From Eledone cirrhosa (lineage: Eukaryota), in assembly GCA_964016885.1 (NCBI GenBank), contig OZ024740.1, forward strand, positions 167,772,001 through 167,836,000: 64,000 nucleotides of DNA, read 5' to 3'. Shown here one piece after another: positions 13,010-28,762 of this stretch. The notes beneath the pieces were generated by a model, which was not told the origin of the DNA, did not search any database, and worked only from the letters and a program-made list of their open reading frames with translations. Both the position numbers and the translations under genes were made by a program. The first letter of the stretch is position 1, and each line of letters begins with the position of its first letter.

Positions 13010-13111
13010 GTTGCTGTTATTTTTGTTGTTGTTTTTGTTATTTCGAACTTGGTTCGTCACACACGTCTGACTCACCCAAATGTCAATAATTTGAAAGTAA
13101 TAATATAAATG

Positions 13112-13161
<50 letters not shown>

Positions 13162-13246
13162 AAAAAGAAAAAAGAAAAGAAGAAGAAGAAGAAGAAGAAG
13201 AAGAAGAAGAAGAAGAAGAAGAAGAAGAAGAAGAAGAAGACCAACG

Positions 13247-13285
<39 letters not shown>

Positions 13286-13300
13286 TCATCACCAACAGCA
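13010..13300. repeat. (ATT)n-(GAA)n-(CAA)n compound microsatellite
   Basis: Directly visible. Confidence 0.95.
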
Positions 13301-13746
13301 ACTGCAAACAATGTAATTATACACATACAGGAAACAACAACGTTGATATTGAATTCTCGATTTCCCTTAAGTTTGCAATGCACCAATAACTCATTTTCCA
13401 AATAAAACACAAGGAGATAAAGAATATAATTCTACTGATTCCAACCTCGAGGAGGAGGAAGATAAAGGGAGGGGGGTGATAAAGTGGTGTAGGACGCGGA
13501 GAAAAAGATGGGAAGCAATCTGCTTAAGAAATCGTAATTACACAGTAAAATTTGCCTTCTACCTAGAGTTTTTGTTTTGTTGATTTTTGTGTGCTTTTTT
13601 CACTTTACTGTGTGTTTCCAAGCAACACAAATTCAAACTGATTTGAAATATTATACTTTTTAAATACTGTTTAAATATATATGTACGTATATATATATAA
13701 ATAACTATATATAGGTGTGTGTGTGTGTGCATATTTATATGTATTT

Positions 13747-13796
<50 letters not shown>

Positions 13797-14364
13797 CATT
13801 TATATATATGTACATGTATGTGTGTGTATATATATATATGTGTGTGTATATATGTGTATATATATGTATATGTATATATATATATATGTGTGTGTGTATG
13901 TATATGTATGTATGCATGTATACATACACGTAATATATATATATTATATATATATATTACATGTATGTATATATGAATATATATACGACAGTATGAAACA
14001 ATATGAATAACAACAATTACAACCATAACAAGTTGGTATGGGTCAACTACAAAAATTAAAAGTCAATATTTCGGCACCACTAATGTATGTTATGTGATGT
14101 GTGATGACCTCCATCACACCCACCACTATCCCCAGCAGCCATTACAACCACTACCATCACCACCATCACTGATGTATGTAATGTGATGTGTGATGACTGC
14201 CGTTCGGAATAATTTCTGTTCGTTAGTTTTGTAATATAAGACGTTAATTGAATTTGTTTTGAGTTGTATTTGTTTTCAGTAGCAACAGCAACATGAGTAG
14301 CACCACCAACAACAACAACAGAAGAAGCAGTAGCGTTAGTTTAGAGTTAAAAGTGCATTAATAG

Positions 14365-14428
<64 letters not shown>

Positions 14429-14514
14429 ATTAGTGTTATGCTAGAAACCATTATAGATGTTATAAATCATAATTATTAAAAAATAGACTTGTCATTAATT
14501 CTGTCGTTTTAAGT

Positions 14515-14720
14515 ATGGCGGATCGCCAGATTTGCTATGGCGTCGGATAAATAGATTCGTCCAGGTTCTTTATGTTCTGTGTTCAAAGCACACGGGAGCC
14601 AACTTTTCTTCCCCTTCTTCAAATTCAATATAATAAAATACCAGTCATATACTGGAGTTGAAATAAACGATTTTCCCTCCTTTATCAAATTTCAGGCCAT
14701 GTGTCTAAATTAGAAACCAT
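14515..14720 (+). mobile_element. SINE family A, degenerate copy
   Basis: Diverged match to the reverse complement of 32495-32679 (GTTCAAA B-box-like, TACCAGT..TACTGG, TTAGAAAC end). Confidence 0.5.
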
Positions 14721-15877
14721 AAGATTTTGGGTTATACTCCTTCCGGGCCCAAATTTATGTTTCGTCCTTTCGGTGTAGTCGTTGAAATACTGTAGCATTC
14801 TTGAAGTGAAATGGTTTAAATCGACTCTATTTTCTCTCACTTAAAAATATAACGTTATGAGTATGTTAGATTACCTTAATTAGTGTTGTGTGTTTTTTGT
14901 TTTATTGTGGTTCATGTTTCTTGCTTCCGATGAGCACATAGATAAGCAAATCTATAATCAAAATAATTCCAGCCATGACCTACCACTGTTTCTTTTTTTT
15001 TCAGATTACCAATGTGCCCATTGTATTCTTCTATTATTAAGATGTAAACCTCAGATATGTCGAGAATTTGGCCGCTGTTTCTAGCTGGTCAAGCAATCAC
15101 ATAGACGTCCCTCACAGTATCGTTTTAATTATTTTTGTCATTAGTGCTAACCATTAACGATTTGATCTCAAAACTCGATAGCTAATACATCGCCTTTAAT
15201 ATTTACGAAGTTGATTAAAAGTAAAGTGCGTATCAGTCAATTATGGAAGTCATATAAAGAAGCTATACAGTACCCAATGATATACCTATTAAATTATAGA
15301 CTAAACACACGAAATATAGGAGAAATGCATATCTATACAAACACAGTATATGAGTAACCGAGACTGTGCGAATGAGTATTTAAGTATACACTTGTACGGA
15401 ATGCAAACATATATATATTTATTCATAATTAGGTCAGAAATCTCTGTGATTGTTAATGCTGTCACCTTACGGAGTCAGTACATATACCACCCATGTACTA
15501 TTAGGTTCTTTCATTGTTTTGAGTTAAAGTACAATTGAATTAATTATATTGTTATAAACGATACCAGCTCCAGCCACAATTATATTCTCGTGCGTTTATA
15601 TTTATGATAATTCCAATATTCAAATATCAATTGTGTGAACTTTGTCTTTCATCAATCCTACATCGATCAATAAATTACTATTCAAATACTATTATCGACA
15701 TCATAAAAATCCACCATTACATTAAACGTATAGATGTTAACAGTAAAAGAGGAAACAGACCTCGTAAACGAAGCGGAATGACCGATTTGCATAAATAATG
15801 AATGTAATCATGGCAGTGCGTTCGATTAAATAATATTATTGAACACACACACAAACACACACATACACACACACACA

Positions 15878-15926
<49 letters not shown>

Positions 15927-16010
15927 ATAATAAATGTGAAGACTAAATTCCGAAGAGGGCTCTATAAGGATAATATATATATAAAATATGTAAAACCGTA
16001 GAGCTAATGT

Positions 16011-16119
16011 TTATTAAATAACAGATTAAAGTTTAAGCAAAGAATCGGTGCTTTCACCCTTAACGGGATCTTTAGGAGATCCCGTTTTCTTTGCTTAAAC
16101 TTTAATCTATTATTTAATA
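16011..16119. repeat. Fold-back hairpin between (TA)n tracts; same family as 10993-11046
   Basis: TATTAAATAACAGATTAAAGTTTAAGCAAAGAA pairs with TTCTTTGCTTAAACTTTAATCTATTATTTAATA, with an inner AACGGGATCT/AGATCCCGTT stem. Confidence 0.8.
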
Positions 16120-16135
16120 TATATATAAATATATA

Positions 16136-16240
<105 letters not shown>

Positions 16241-16640
16241 ATGTATGTATGTTTATATGTATATTCTAAAATGAAAAATAACATCCACTTGGATCTTTCC
16301 GCTCTTGCTTCATATATTCTGCTAACAAGTATTTAGTACAGTGGTACTTTAACACCCATGGCACTATATATATATATAAATACAAAAATATGGGTTCAGG
16401 AAGGCGAGGCTGTGTGGTTACTGATAAGGAATGTTAGAAGGTAAGGCGACACAAACAAGAGATGGAAAGCTTCGCTTCGTCAGCTGATTGCTACAGGACA
16501 TAGATATTTCGGCACATTATAAACGGAACATATATACGCATATATATGTGTGTATGTGTGTGTGTGTGTGTGTGCATAAATATATATATATACATATATA
16601 TGTGTGGTTGTGTGTGTGTGTGTGTTTGTGTATGTTAATA

Positions 16641-16811
16641 ATTGTTTCTACTTTTGGCACAAAGCCAGCATTTGTCCCAGTGCATTACTGGTGCTTTATT
16701 GTATCGACTCCGTAAGGATGAAAGGCAAAGTTAACCTCGACTTTGAAGTCAGAACGTAAAGAGCCGTAACTCTACGCTGAAAAGCATGGCGTCTGACCCT
16801 TCACCGCCCTT
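16641..16811 (-). mobile_element. SINE family A copy
   Basis: Close match to 32495-32679 (CCCAGTGCATTACTGGT...CCGTAAGGATGAAAGGCAAAG...CACCGCCCTT). Confidence 0.75.
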
Positions 16812-17225
16812 ATATATTTTAATTATAAGTATAGACAAGGTGTCAAATTTTCATTATGTTTATTCAGGTGTGACGTGCATTTCGCGACTGATCAGCTGAA
16901 GCTTCGATCTCCTTTGATCGGTCCCGAGTCTTGAATGAAAAGTTCATCAGACTTCTGTTAGCCTAAACATAGAGATAGTACCTTGAACTGACCAATCGCG
17001 AAATAAGTTTACACTTGAATAAACATAATGAGACGTTCAAACCTCATTCATATTTCTTATTAATATTACATACTGCTTAGTAAAGGCCAAAGTACATACT
17101 GGAGTCTACGTATCGAGTGCTCACTTTGGTGAACCAACAGTAACTTGAAGTTACAATCCGTAAACTATACATATATATATATATGTATATATATATACAC
17201 GCGCACACACACATATATACATATG

Positions 17226-17348
<123 letters not shown>

Positions 17349-18031
17349 TGGGAGAGAGATACATTTAGATGTGTGTGTGTGTGTGTGTGTGCGTTTGTAT
17401 GTATGTATATATGCAAATATATGCGTTGCATGTACGTGTGTATGCTTTAATATTCGTATTTCAAATATTTGAAATAAAATATGTATGGCACTACGTCTTA
17501 ATATGCTCTAACACATACATGTATACAAATCCACATATATATCATCATCCATAAAAATTATATGCAAATGCACATGGGGAAATACCGAAGGCACATACCA
17601 GAGGCATGGACTCTGTGTTGCCAAAGCATGTATCAGGTGTTCAGAGAGGCTCGTGTTTCATTTCGATATATCTAATACGAAATCTATCATTTAATTTCCT
17701 TCACAAAATATGTATTCGTTCGATCTCTTCGCATTCTACGTCTCAGCTGCCTTTATTTTAGTCTGTACACAAGTTTAGAGTGAATGTTCTAATTCAATCT
17801 ACTTCCTGTGATGTATCAGATATGTGAAACTTATTTTCAATAAGGAATTTGATACACTAGCTCAAGGAATTAAACAAAGATATTAAAATAAAACATATAC
17901 GCACACACATACACGCACAAATATATATATATACACAAATATATATGCAAGCAGCTTGGAATGCCAAGCAGCGTAATTCTCTGAAATATATCTGTGTCTC
18001 TACGTGTAAGTGTATTTTTGTTTAAATCTAT

Positions 18032-18078
<47 letters not shown>

Positions 18079-18295
18079 TTCAGACATTTAGTCTCTTCTC
18101 AAATTAGTTATATTGGTGGCACTATTATAGCCTCCGAATTTCCGGCATCCTAATGAATGACAGGCACATATTCCAATGCTTGTTTTCTTCATTGCATTAA
18201 AGAGAAATATATACACAGGCGTGAATAGTCACCAAAAAATTTAGATGTCTTGCTAGACAATTACATGTAAATACTCCATATTTTGTTTACATGGT

Positions 18296-18380
<85 letters not shown>

Positions 18381-18751
18381 TGTATATATATATATATATA
18401 TATAGTGGCCGATGTGTTCCGTTACGTTTACAGTTAAAGTACACAACACCTAATCGGGATATCAATAGCTTCTATATATTGAAGAGAAAACGAATAATTT
18501 CTATTAGTTAGATCAACATCAGCTAACGAGATGAAGTGTTATAGAAAAATTTGGATATCCCTCGAGATAACCTATGGTAAATGTTCCTTATTTTTTAATA
18601 TAATATGTGTTAGTTTAATTCTCTTTAATTCACATTGACGTAAAGTAATATTACAGAATAACTATCAAATAGCAGAGGACTGTCAGGGGTTAAATATTCT
18701 ACTTAGACGATAACGATGATTGATCTTCCTAATTTCATATACTAGAATGTA

Positions 18752-18826
<75 letters not shown>

Positions 18827-19105
18827 CGTTTGTGTATGTATGTGTGAGATTGTTTCTATTTGTCTGTATGAATGAGTGTGAAAAATCTGCAATAAAAAAC
18901 AACACAGGAGAGCTATACAGTAAGATGTTGATATATATTAGTTTAACGCATGATATTGTAGGAAAGAGTATCAAAGTTTTGGACGTTAGTCCTTCATTAG
19001 AAAATAGAATGAGACATAGAAGAGAAAGATGGGTGAACGAGAATGAGAAAAGGAAGAAACGAAAATATTTTTCACAGAAGTAGAGCACGCCTGTGGTTAG
19101 TAAAT

Positions 19106-19170
<65 letters not shown>

Positions 19171-20557
19171 CGTGTGTGTGTGTGTGTATGTGTATGTGTG
19201 TGTGTGTGTGTGAGTGTGTGTGTGTGTATTCCTGATAGATCACATGGCCAATGAGATGCTTTTTGATAGGCTGAGAAACCTGCTGTTAATTTCAGCATCT
19301 CTCACGTAACCACCCAACAAGCCCTTTTTACTCTGGCAACTGAAAGAAGCAGTCGTACAGCTGCCTCTCTGTAAGACTGAGGTGTTTGCCTTGGAAGGAA
19401 GACTGGTCGGTGAGATCCGTATTCCTCATTGTCCAACTATAAAGTTTCAATAATTGTGGTTGGCAAATTCTTTCGGGGATCGAAACCAAAATATTCTTGT
19501 CTAGGTGAAGAAGAATCTCCTTATTTGTTAAACTGTTGGAGTTTATGTTTTCTTTGATCTTTATCCGCCAGATCGTTCCTACATGGGTACTGCTGTGCCA
19601 GAACGAATCGATATGATGTGCTCCAAGTCTAATATCCACATGTGATCTTTGATGTTGTGGAGCAATTCCATAGGTAGCTAAATCGATAATTCATATTGGC
19701 ACCATGTCAACATATCGATTTAAATTATTTAATACACATATATATATATGAGAGATGGGTGAGATGCTACGAGTTGTGACCAGTAAGACATACAAAATAG
19801 TACTCTATACTTAAGAAGCGTTGAGTGTGGTATTATAATAATATATACATACCAACAAAAATGATGCATTCAACAACCTCATTCGCACAAGGCAGAGATG
19901 TTTCATCGTACAATCAGCCATACAACTTATATAGATGTTAGCATGGATGTATGTTTATGACGTTCGCTTCGCAATTGTGAGGCTTTGGGTTCAGTTCCAC
20001 TTAGCAACACATTAGATATGTGTCTTTTATCATTCCGTCATGTTCACGAAATTTTGTCGGGTGTGGGTGTGTGTGGGTGGGTGACGGCACTTTTATATTC
20101 TTCGATGGCGGATCCGCTTTAACACTACCTCTCTGGTTACATTTATCGGAGCACACTTTGTTGACAACATTCGGGTTAGTTTTCTTGTCAGAGGATAACA
20201 TAACATCCTTTCTTTCTCCCAAGACACTTGAAGGCTCAGAAAATTGTCGGAGTCAGTGCTTAACCTTTTCATACTATTGCATAAGCAAAAACTTTCCGAG
20301 ATATAGTACATTTAGCACTACATATGGGTCCTTCCATTTGAAGAAGATTTCAATCTTAGTTCTAGCAGGTCTGTAAACAACGGAAAACAGCTTAGAGTTA
20401 TGAGGATGCAGGATCGTCATTGTTTAAAGTGTTTCACTAAATCTACACAGTTACAGTATACTCTTATGATGTGTATTCTTATGATCTCTGTTAAGTAGAC
20501 GTTCATAGTGCATTGGGAGTTGAATGCATTTATTTATTTATATATTTGTGGGTCTTT

Positions 20558-20890
<333 letters not shown>

Positions 20891-21138
20891 CTTCAGTTTA
20901 ATACAATAATATAGTGTCGTGAATATCATATTGTTCATAATATATTTAAAGTATTTCATGTTAGGTAGTACAGATATGATAACCAATGGCGCCCTTGAAA
21001 CTTTAGAAATGAAATTCAAAGAGGGTGATGTGAAGAGAGTATGTTATCGACATATTTTATGATGTAGATGGCAATGAAAAGTAAATGCATTACAAAATAA
21101 AACACCTCATCCAGCTTGTCAAGAAGACGTTTGCTTTC

Positions 21139-21176
<38 letters not shown>

Positions 21177-21701
21177 ATTATTATTAATTTTAACTGCTCC
21201 TAGTTTGAGCTGCACGCCGCCTCATATATACGACTGTTATTTCTAGCAGTACGGTTATGAGACTAGTTAGATACTGTAAAGCCATGTGCGTCACGCAGTC
21301 TTTTAAATTATTTAGAAGTGAAGCATATCAATTTGTCTCTGGATGTTTACTGAGGAGAGCGGGACATGATATTCCTACACTTATTTAACTCGAAACATAT
21401 TTGGATCTTAAAGTCTAAACTTATCTACGGAACAGGTTTGATTTTGAAATTTAAATGTGTCTAAACATCACGGCCTTTTGGTAATACAGCTCGTCTCCGT
21501 TGATTTATTATTTTAAATCGATATGGACAAACTGTAGTATAATAATTAGTATACTTCAATCTGGCTAAATTTTTCTTTTGCAATATATATACAGATGTTT
21601 TGGTATCTGTGTTTCATCACATACATATTAATTTATACACTGCTCAGGGGATATTTTTCCTCATTCGAGCTGATTCCATTGTAAAAGAATTCATTACCTT
21701 A

Positions 21702-21816
<115 letters not shown>

Positions 21817-22249
21817 TGTATGTATGTATGTATGTATGCATGCATGTATGTATGTATGTATGTATGTATGTATGTATGTATGTATGTATATATGTATGTA
21901 TGTGTGCGTGTGCGCGTGTGTGTGTTTGTATGTTTTGATGATGCGAAAGTTGAAAAATAGCAATTGATAAGGCATAAAGTAGCAAAAACTCTATTCAATA
22001 GGTCATTTCATTAATGCGTTGCAAAGAAAAGAACCCTCGTAGATATTTATAATCCCTTAAATGTTCATTTTGGAACTAAATGTGAGTTTCTAGGACTGGT
22101 TTTTCATATAATTTAAGGTAAACCTTGAACCATACCAAGTATATATTAAAACAAAAGGCATCTGTAAGAATACATCGTTTCCAATTATTATGCATCAAAT
22201 ACTGCTTTTCTGTTGCTGGTCTGAGTCTGTCGTAATTCTGCATTATTGG

Positions 22250-22430
22250 CAGTATCGGTAGAGGGTCGGACGCAGCATAGAGTTACAGCATAGAGTTACA
22301 GCCTTTTACGGTTTGAGTTCAAATCCCGTCGAGGTTAACTTTGCTTTTCATCGTTACGGGGTCGGTAAAATAAAGCCCCAGTAATGCACAGGAATAATTG
22401 CTGGCCTTGTGCCAAATGTACAAGCAATAA
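22250..22430 (+). mobile_element. SINE family A copy
   Basis: GAGTTCAAATCCC B-box-like motif; reverse complement of 32495-32679. Confidence 0.75.
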
Positions 22431-22551
22431 TGATTATCTGAGTAGACACAATTGGGTAATAGTTAAAACGTCATATTTAGTTTGTAGCTTATTAAAAAGT
22501 AATGATTGTACTCATGTTTTAGTCGATTTCTATCAAATGCGTGTGTGTGTA

Positions 22552-22672
<121 letters not shown>

Positions 22673-22778
22673 ATGTGTGTGCGTGTGTGTGTGTGCGCGT
22701 GTGTGTGCATACGATAAGAGTACCGGAAAAATATAATCTTGGTAGATAATTCTAATAACAAATATATCATTAAGTATA

Positions 22779-23326
22779 CTAGCAGAAAAAGCACCCTTCG
22801 GGTGGTTTTCTGCTGGCATGTGTAGTGTGTATATTGATACCATACGCAAGTATATATACATGTAGATATGATACATCAAATAAAATCGTAATTGACAATA
22901 TAAACAGAAATTGAACGAAGACGTTGTTACACTGTCTTATGTAATCAGTAACGCAATTCATGATTCATTAAAAAAAAGACGATATTATATATAAACTGCA
23001 TTAGGAGAAAATTAGTGACAGATAATTAGTATGTTTATTTAAGTGATCGCCACTGGAATTGTTGACATCACACACTCTCTTTCTATATATATGGTAGTTT
23101 AAGTGGTGGTGGTGGCAACGATATACCGGAAGTGCAATTTTGAAAAGAAGCCAATTTTAAATTATTTATTTTTACGAAATTATTTTTGTTTACGAAATTT
23201 AGTAGATAAATTATGTAATATTCATTCATTATTTATTCAAAGTAATCCAACTTATTTTACTAACGGGATAAAAAAAAAAAATAAACCGTACGCAGTCCCG
23301 CAGACCTTCATTTATTATAGTTTAGA
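22779..23326 (-). mobile_element. Non-autonomous Helitron, copy 1
   Basis: Minus strand: A|TCTAAACTATAATAAA 5' end, CACCC-GAA-GGGTG hairpin ~9 nt before a CTAG|T 3' end. Homologous to 32400-33086. Confidence 0.8.
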
Positions 23327-25709
23327 TATAAATGTATGTGATTTTGTCACAATACTCGCAACAACTAATAATACATGTCAAAACAATTCCTCCTAAATTA
23401 CCCATTATTCATTATTCACATTGATCAAATAGGTGGATCTGTTAGTGAGACGCTGGATAAAGCAATCAACATACTGATTTAGAAATATGGATCCGCTAAG
23501 CTGCGTAGTTGTTGATGTAGATGCTGATGTTACAGTAGTAGAAGTAGTAGTAGTAGTAGTAGTAGCTTTGTCAAATTTGAATTTTTTTTAATTTAACATT
23601 TATCCAGCAAACCTACGATAACCTGTGTTCATTTTATTTTTCATTTTAAACCTAGTAATATTTGAGACTATTTTACGCCTTATATGAAATATCTCTAGCA
23701 AGTTGATCTCCTGCGAAAGGGCTCCCTATTTTTAATTGCAGAATCTTTTTTTACTCAAGAGCACATTATAAATAATCTTTCCGTTTAGTGACTCCGTTCT
23801 TAAGAAGGATTTTAACAATTCCAATACTTTTCTCATCCAATTAATTGGTAAGCAAAACACCCTTTCATGGCTATAAATAAAAATAACAACAGCGATTTCA
23901 ACAAGGTCTTATTATGGAAATATCTGGAGCATATAGAAAATGTATATTAGAATGAATTTAGTTCCATTGATTAATAATATTCCATTACTTTATATTGTCA
24001 AACCGAAAATCTGGCCAAATGTTTGCAACCAAATGCCAGATGTTGGAGCTAAAATAGGCGTTGGATAAAGTTCACTACTCATTCAAGCCACTGCGAGATT
24101 TGATCTCAGAAGGCAAATATTCAGAACAAATACAGTAAGGTGACTTGTCCGAACTTCTAGCAAATCTGTCAATTCAGCACTCCGGACTGGCGTTTCAATA
24201 TTATCGACCAGACCACAAAATATCATATCAAAGTAGACGGTGGTGGAATGTAAAATCAGAATGCAGAAAGCTATAAGAAATACTACAAGAAACCCTAACT
24301 ATTTCGTTGATCCATAAACCAGGAATTTTAATTTACTTTACTTTATCTTCCCCGAAAGAACAAACAGAACCGTAAAGCAGGTTGATCCTCAACAAATATC
24401 CTAACTACTGATGCAGCGCCGCCGATGATAGAATGTGGGCTACTGCTCGTTTGGTTGGTAGTCCATTAATTTACACGTTTCAAGCCCTAACATTCAGCCC
24501 TTGATTTATATTGCCCTATACACAGTGTTCAAAACTTCCGACATATCGATCGTGATTTCTGAGTTCAAAGCTAGTTATTGATGCTTTTGAAAGCGTCATA
24601 TATCCTTCGTATTTAGTACATCCTGTTTCAAATGTACTCTGGTTGTTATTATTGTTAATTTTCTTCTATAATGTTTTACTTGAGTAAAGGATTTATGAGT
24701 TTTGAAGTAGTTTCAATGTTGCTGTTGTATAATGCCGCTTGAGGATGTGAGTGAAATACATCTAATAACCCCAAACATTGTATTACACCACGAAGAAGTT
24801 ACACATATAGAGCAAAATATAATCAATAATAAATATATAAACAAAAATATCCTCAGATGGAACTGAAAACATTCTATATTATGCTGTATTATCCCATGCA
24901 CTCATAAACAAGAAAATAGTCGTACAGTCTACAACAAAATTTTGAATGAACACAAATTATGTAGAATACAAAATTTACAAAGAAAACACAGTTGAACATA
25001 ACGTACATTTATCAACCCCAAGATCAAATCAGACTTATACAAACTAAAAACTAAGACATTTCGTTTCTTATTATAATTAATATGCTGACACCCAAAAATA
25101 AAGCATCCAGATTATCAAGAATATAACTTCTAGCTCTAGAAGAGAATAAAAAAAAAACCCCAAAATATCCAACAACCTTTGATCTGACGGGGAACCTCGT
25201 TTAATTCTTAATTAATGTTGATTTTCCATTTGCTATCTATTTTAGTAAAGGAAAGCAAAATTGGCCATGCAAATATCTTAATCCTCTTCACACCATAGTT
25301 ATTCCATCTGATGAAGCGAGGCAACTAGGAAGTTTTTGTATGAGGGTCTCGAGAAATAGCAGCTAAATTTTCCTCAGATCACAGACTACTTTCTTAAAAG
25401 CGGATGAATGCTTTAGACAATGTATAACAAATCCAATAGACGACAGAATTACACCCCTTTCTATACTGTGATGCAAATGAGAAATATCAGTGATTCGGTA
25501 AAGTCAGTGTAGCAAAATTATCACAGGCGGATGTAATATTTAAAGTTAGTAAAATGCCTACAAGTAAAATATTAACATTGCTTTACTCCTTGTTTTATGT
25601 ATCAGGTAAATGTCCGTTATTTCATCTTTTACCGCATATACTAACGTCAAGATACATATGTGTTCACATGAAACATATTAGTTAACGTCGAACTCATGCA
25701 AGAAAAACT

Positions 25710-25850
25710 AAATAAATCACATTCTTTTAAATCATATATTTTAGAGTTGATAGAGTGAGTACTATAAGCTAATAGGTCGATATACATATAGCTTATAGTA
25801 CTCACTCTATCAACTCTAAAATATATGATTTAAAAGAATGTGATTTATTT
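25710..25850. repeat. Perfect inverted repeat, 62-bp arms with a 17-nt loop
   Basis: 25710-25771 is the reverse complement of 25789-25850. Confidence 0.9.
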
Positions 25851-26661
25851 CTGCAGTGTATATCTAGAGAAAACCAATCTGACAATTCTAATGTTTCCTC
25901 ATGTTGAACCCAGTACTGTAGGATATTGAAACACATGAGCTAACATATGAGCCTCCCGCAATATTGGGGTCGAGAGGAGGGAATGTGTATAAGTAGATAG
26001 TATCTGAGTGGTGGTATATGTGACTAGTCATCTCTAAGGAGCAGTAGCACTGTTATAAGGGTAGCAATGACAGCGGCAAAGGATAGAGTGAGTGTATTAG
26101 TAAGTGACTTCATGCCTATTAGTAGGGTAACCTACATTTAGATTGTGGTCTAGGATATGTGAATATGTAGCAGCAGTGCTGATCCAGCTGTAGGAGCACT
26201 ACCACAACAGCAATACTCCATCTTTATTAAATACTGTGAGCTAAATTGTTTTCTGCTTCTGACGAAAACAGCCAGTGTTTGGAAGGCAGTATTTACTATA
26301 TTTACGCAGGATAAAGCAGATTTGGCGATGGATACAAGCCGCTGAGAATGTACCGGGTTGTCAAACAATAGAGCAATTAAGTGAGTCTAATTTTGTGAAA
26401 GTGAAACTGTCCCTTAAGCATAAATGAAGCTATAAATCCCCAGTGTAAAACTTGGTTTCAACATATATCAAAACCTTAATTCTCTCCATGAAAGACAATG
26501 GCCTAGCTATTGGGAATCGAACTTATATCAACGTTGCAACTGCGTAAAAGCTTACCTTAAATTTTTATAATTTCTCTCTCTTACACACACACAAACACAT
26601 ACACACGCACCCATACATTTATGTATATATACAGAGAGAGAGGGGGGGGGGGGTGGAAGAT

Positions 26662-26689
<28 letters not shown>

Positions 26690-26692
<3 letters not shown>

Positions 26693-26850
26693 GTTTCTGA
26701 TATAGGCACAATTTTGGCGTGACTGGTACTATATTTTATCGACCCCGTAAGGATGAAAGGCAAAGCTAACTCCAGCAGGATTTTGAACTCAGAATATAAG
26801 GAGCCGTAACTCTATGCTGCGAAGCAGTGTGTCCGACGCTCTATCGATTG
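26690..26850 (-). mobile_element. SINE family A copy
   Basis: TTTTATCGACCCCGTAAGGATGAAAGGCAAAG...TTTGAACTCAGAA. Confidence 0.75.
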
Positions 26851-27019
26851 TGACTATTAATACGTTAAGAAAATTTTAAATTGTTTTTTAAAGCATATTG
26901 ATAAAGTTTTATTTAGCGTGATTCTCCAACCTGCCTGAAAGCTTAAGATATTTTCTTGTGTTTTGAAATATATATATAATATATATATATAATATATATA
27001 TATAATATATATATATAAT

Positions 27020-27115
<96 letters not shown>

Positions 27116-27116
27116 A

Positions 27117-27181
<65 letters not shown>

Positions 27182-27307
27182 AAGTTTTATTTAAATTGTT
27201 GGGTTACAACGAGTAAATATTTATAACTGATATAAAAGCACTCAACAAGTATTTGGAGTATATTTACGATATTAAATAAATGGAAACTATATTTATAAAA
27301 CCATATT

Positions 27308-27371
27308 TATTTCATTATATATTTCAGGGATATCATATTAAAAATATGGTATGCCTTCTTCAGACAAAATA
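27308..27371 (-). ncRNA. Type I hammerhead ribozyme (Penelope pLTR, sense to the GIY-YIG ORF)
   Basis: TATTTTGT-CTGAAGA-long stem II (AGG..CATATT TTT AATATG..CCT)-GAAA-TATAT-A^ATGAAATA. Confidence 0.75.
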
Positions 27372-27625
27372 CAATATAAACAGTCTTATAAATAGATAGA
27401 TTTGACATACCTTACAACTTCAACTTCCATTTAAAAAGTTGATTTGGTAGTGAAAATTGTTAGGGACAGTTATAAAAAGAAAGAAAGAAAAAAAGCGAAG
27501 AAAAAGAAGAAATGCATGCAACTAAATAGAGAGAGATAGATATAGAGAGATAGATAGAGAGAAGAAATTCATGTAAAGAAACAGAGAGAGAGATAGAGAG
27601 AGAAAAACCACAGAGGGAGATAGAT

Positions 27626-27657
<32 letters not shown>

Positions 27658-28762
27658 AAAAATAGAGAGAGATAGATATAGATAGAGATAGAGAGAAAGA
27701 AAATAGGTAGTTGGGCACCAGTTGAATGACGTATCAATGATATATTTATTTATTTATTTATTTGTTTAGTTCTAGTATTAAGGTAGAGAGAGATATATGT
27801 GGTTAGGAGAGAAAACAGCCGTTACATAGAGAGAAAAGAAAAATATCCAGATATAAACGAGGCAGATTTAAAACATTATGTTTCATCAATGTAAAAATAT
27901 CAATTCGTATGAATTAGGTATTATAATGTAAATATCAGTATTCATGAATGAGACACGTATCAATAATGTGTGAAAAATAATGATCATATGTCTAGTTTAA
28001 AATTCCTAGGTTTATATCAGAGTTGAGTTAAAAAACTGAGATAAAAAAACTGAGATAAAAAAAACTGAGATAAAAAACTAAGATAAAAAACTTCAAAAAA
28101 ATTGAAATACATAAGTATATATGCACTTTCATGAAAAAAGAAAAAGAAAAAGAAAATAGAAGGTTATCCCAGATTCGATACTATAGACTTCCATGTGAAT
28201 TTACGTGATCAACTCTGCAAATTCCTATTTCACATGAAAACATTCTCATTGTGCTATAAAAATTCTAGTATACATATATGTGTACATACACACAAATATA
28301 TATAGAATCTACATTAATTTTAACAATACTATTCTTGTCTTTACTCTACATGATTATCGTTCAAGCATAAATAGACAACAGATATCAATATATCAATAAA
28401 AATATCAAAAAATTAAAAAATATTAAAAATAAAACACAGTATGCCCCGCAAATCAACCCTTCAAAATTAATTGACAATATATTGCCAAGTTCATTATAAG
28501 CATCAGAATCAAAAGCAAACAAAACCAAAATTATTTACCAAATCCTGTCTAGCAGAAATCATTCCAAAAGTTTAGGATACCCATTTGATCTACAGATGGT
28601 CTTATATTTATTATAGAAGTTTATCTAGTGTAAAATTTATTCGATATATTTGGAGCATCAGCTTTTAGGGTAGTTTAATTATTCATGAAGAATGTTTAAA
28701 AAAAAGAAATCGAAAGATTTATCGGCGAGTTTCATAAATAATTATAAATCAAAGTAAATATA

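Noticed and set aside
18965-19005. Minus-strand CTAATGA-AGGAC(TAAC)GTCC-AAAAC hammerhead relic
   Set aside because: Two core substitutions and no stem I or III; at most a dead copy.
19328-19680. 103-aa minus-strand ORF as a host exon
   Set aside because: No recognisable domain or clear splice sites; faint resemblance to a decayed RTE C-terminal region (TNKEIL...), too weak to call either way.
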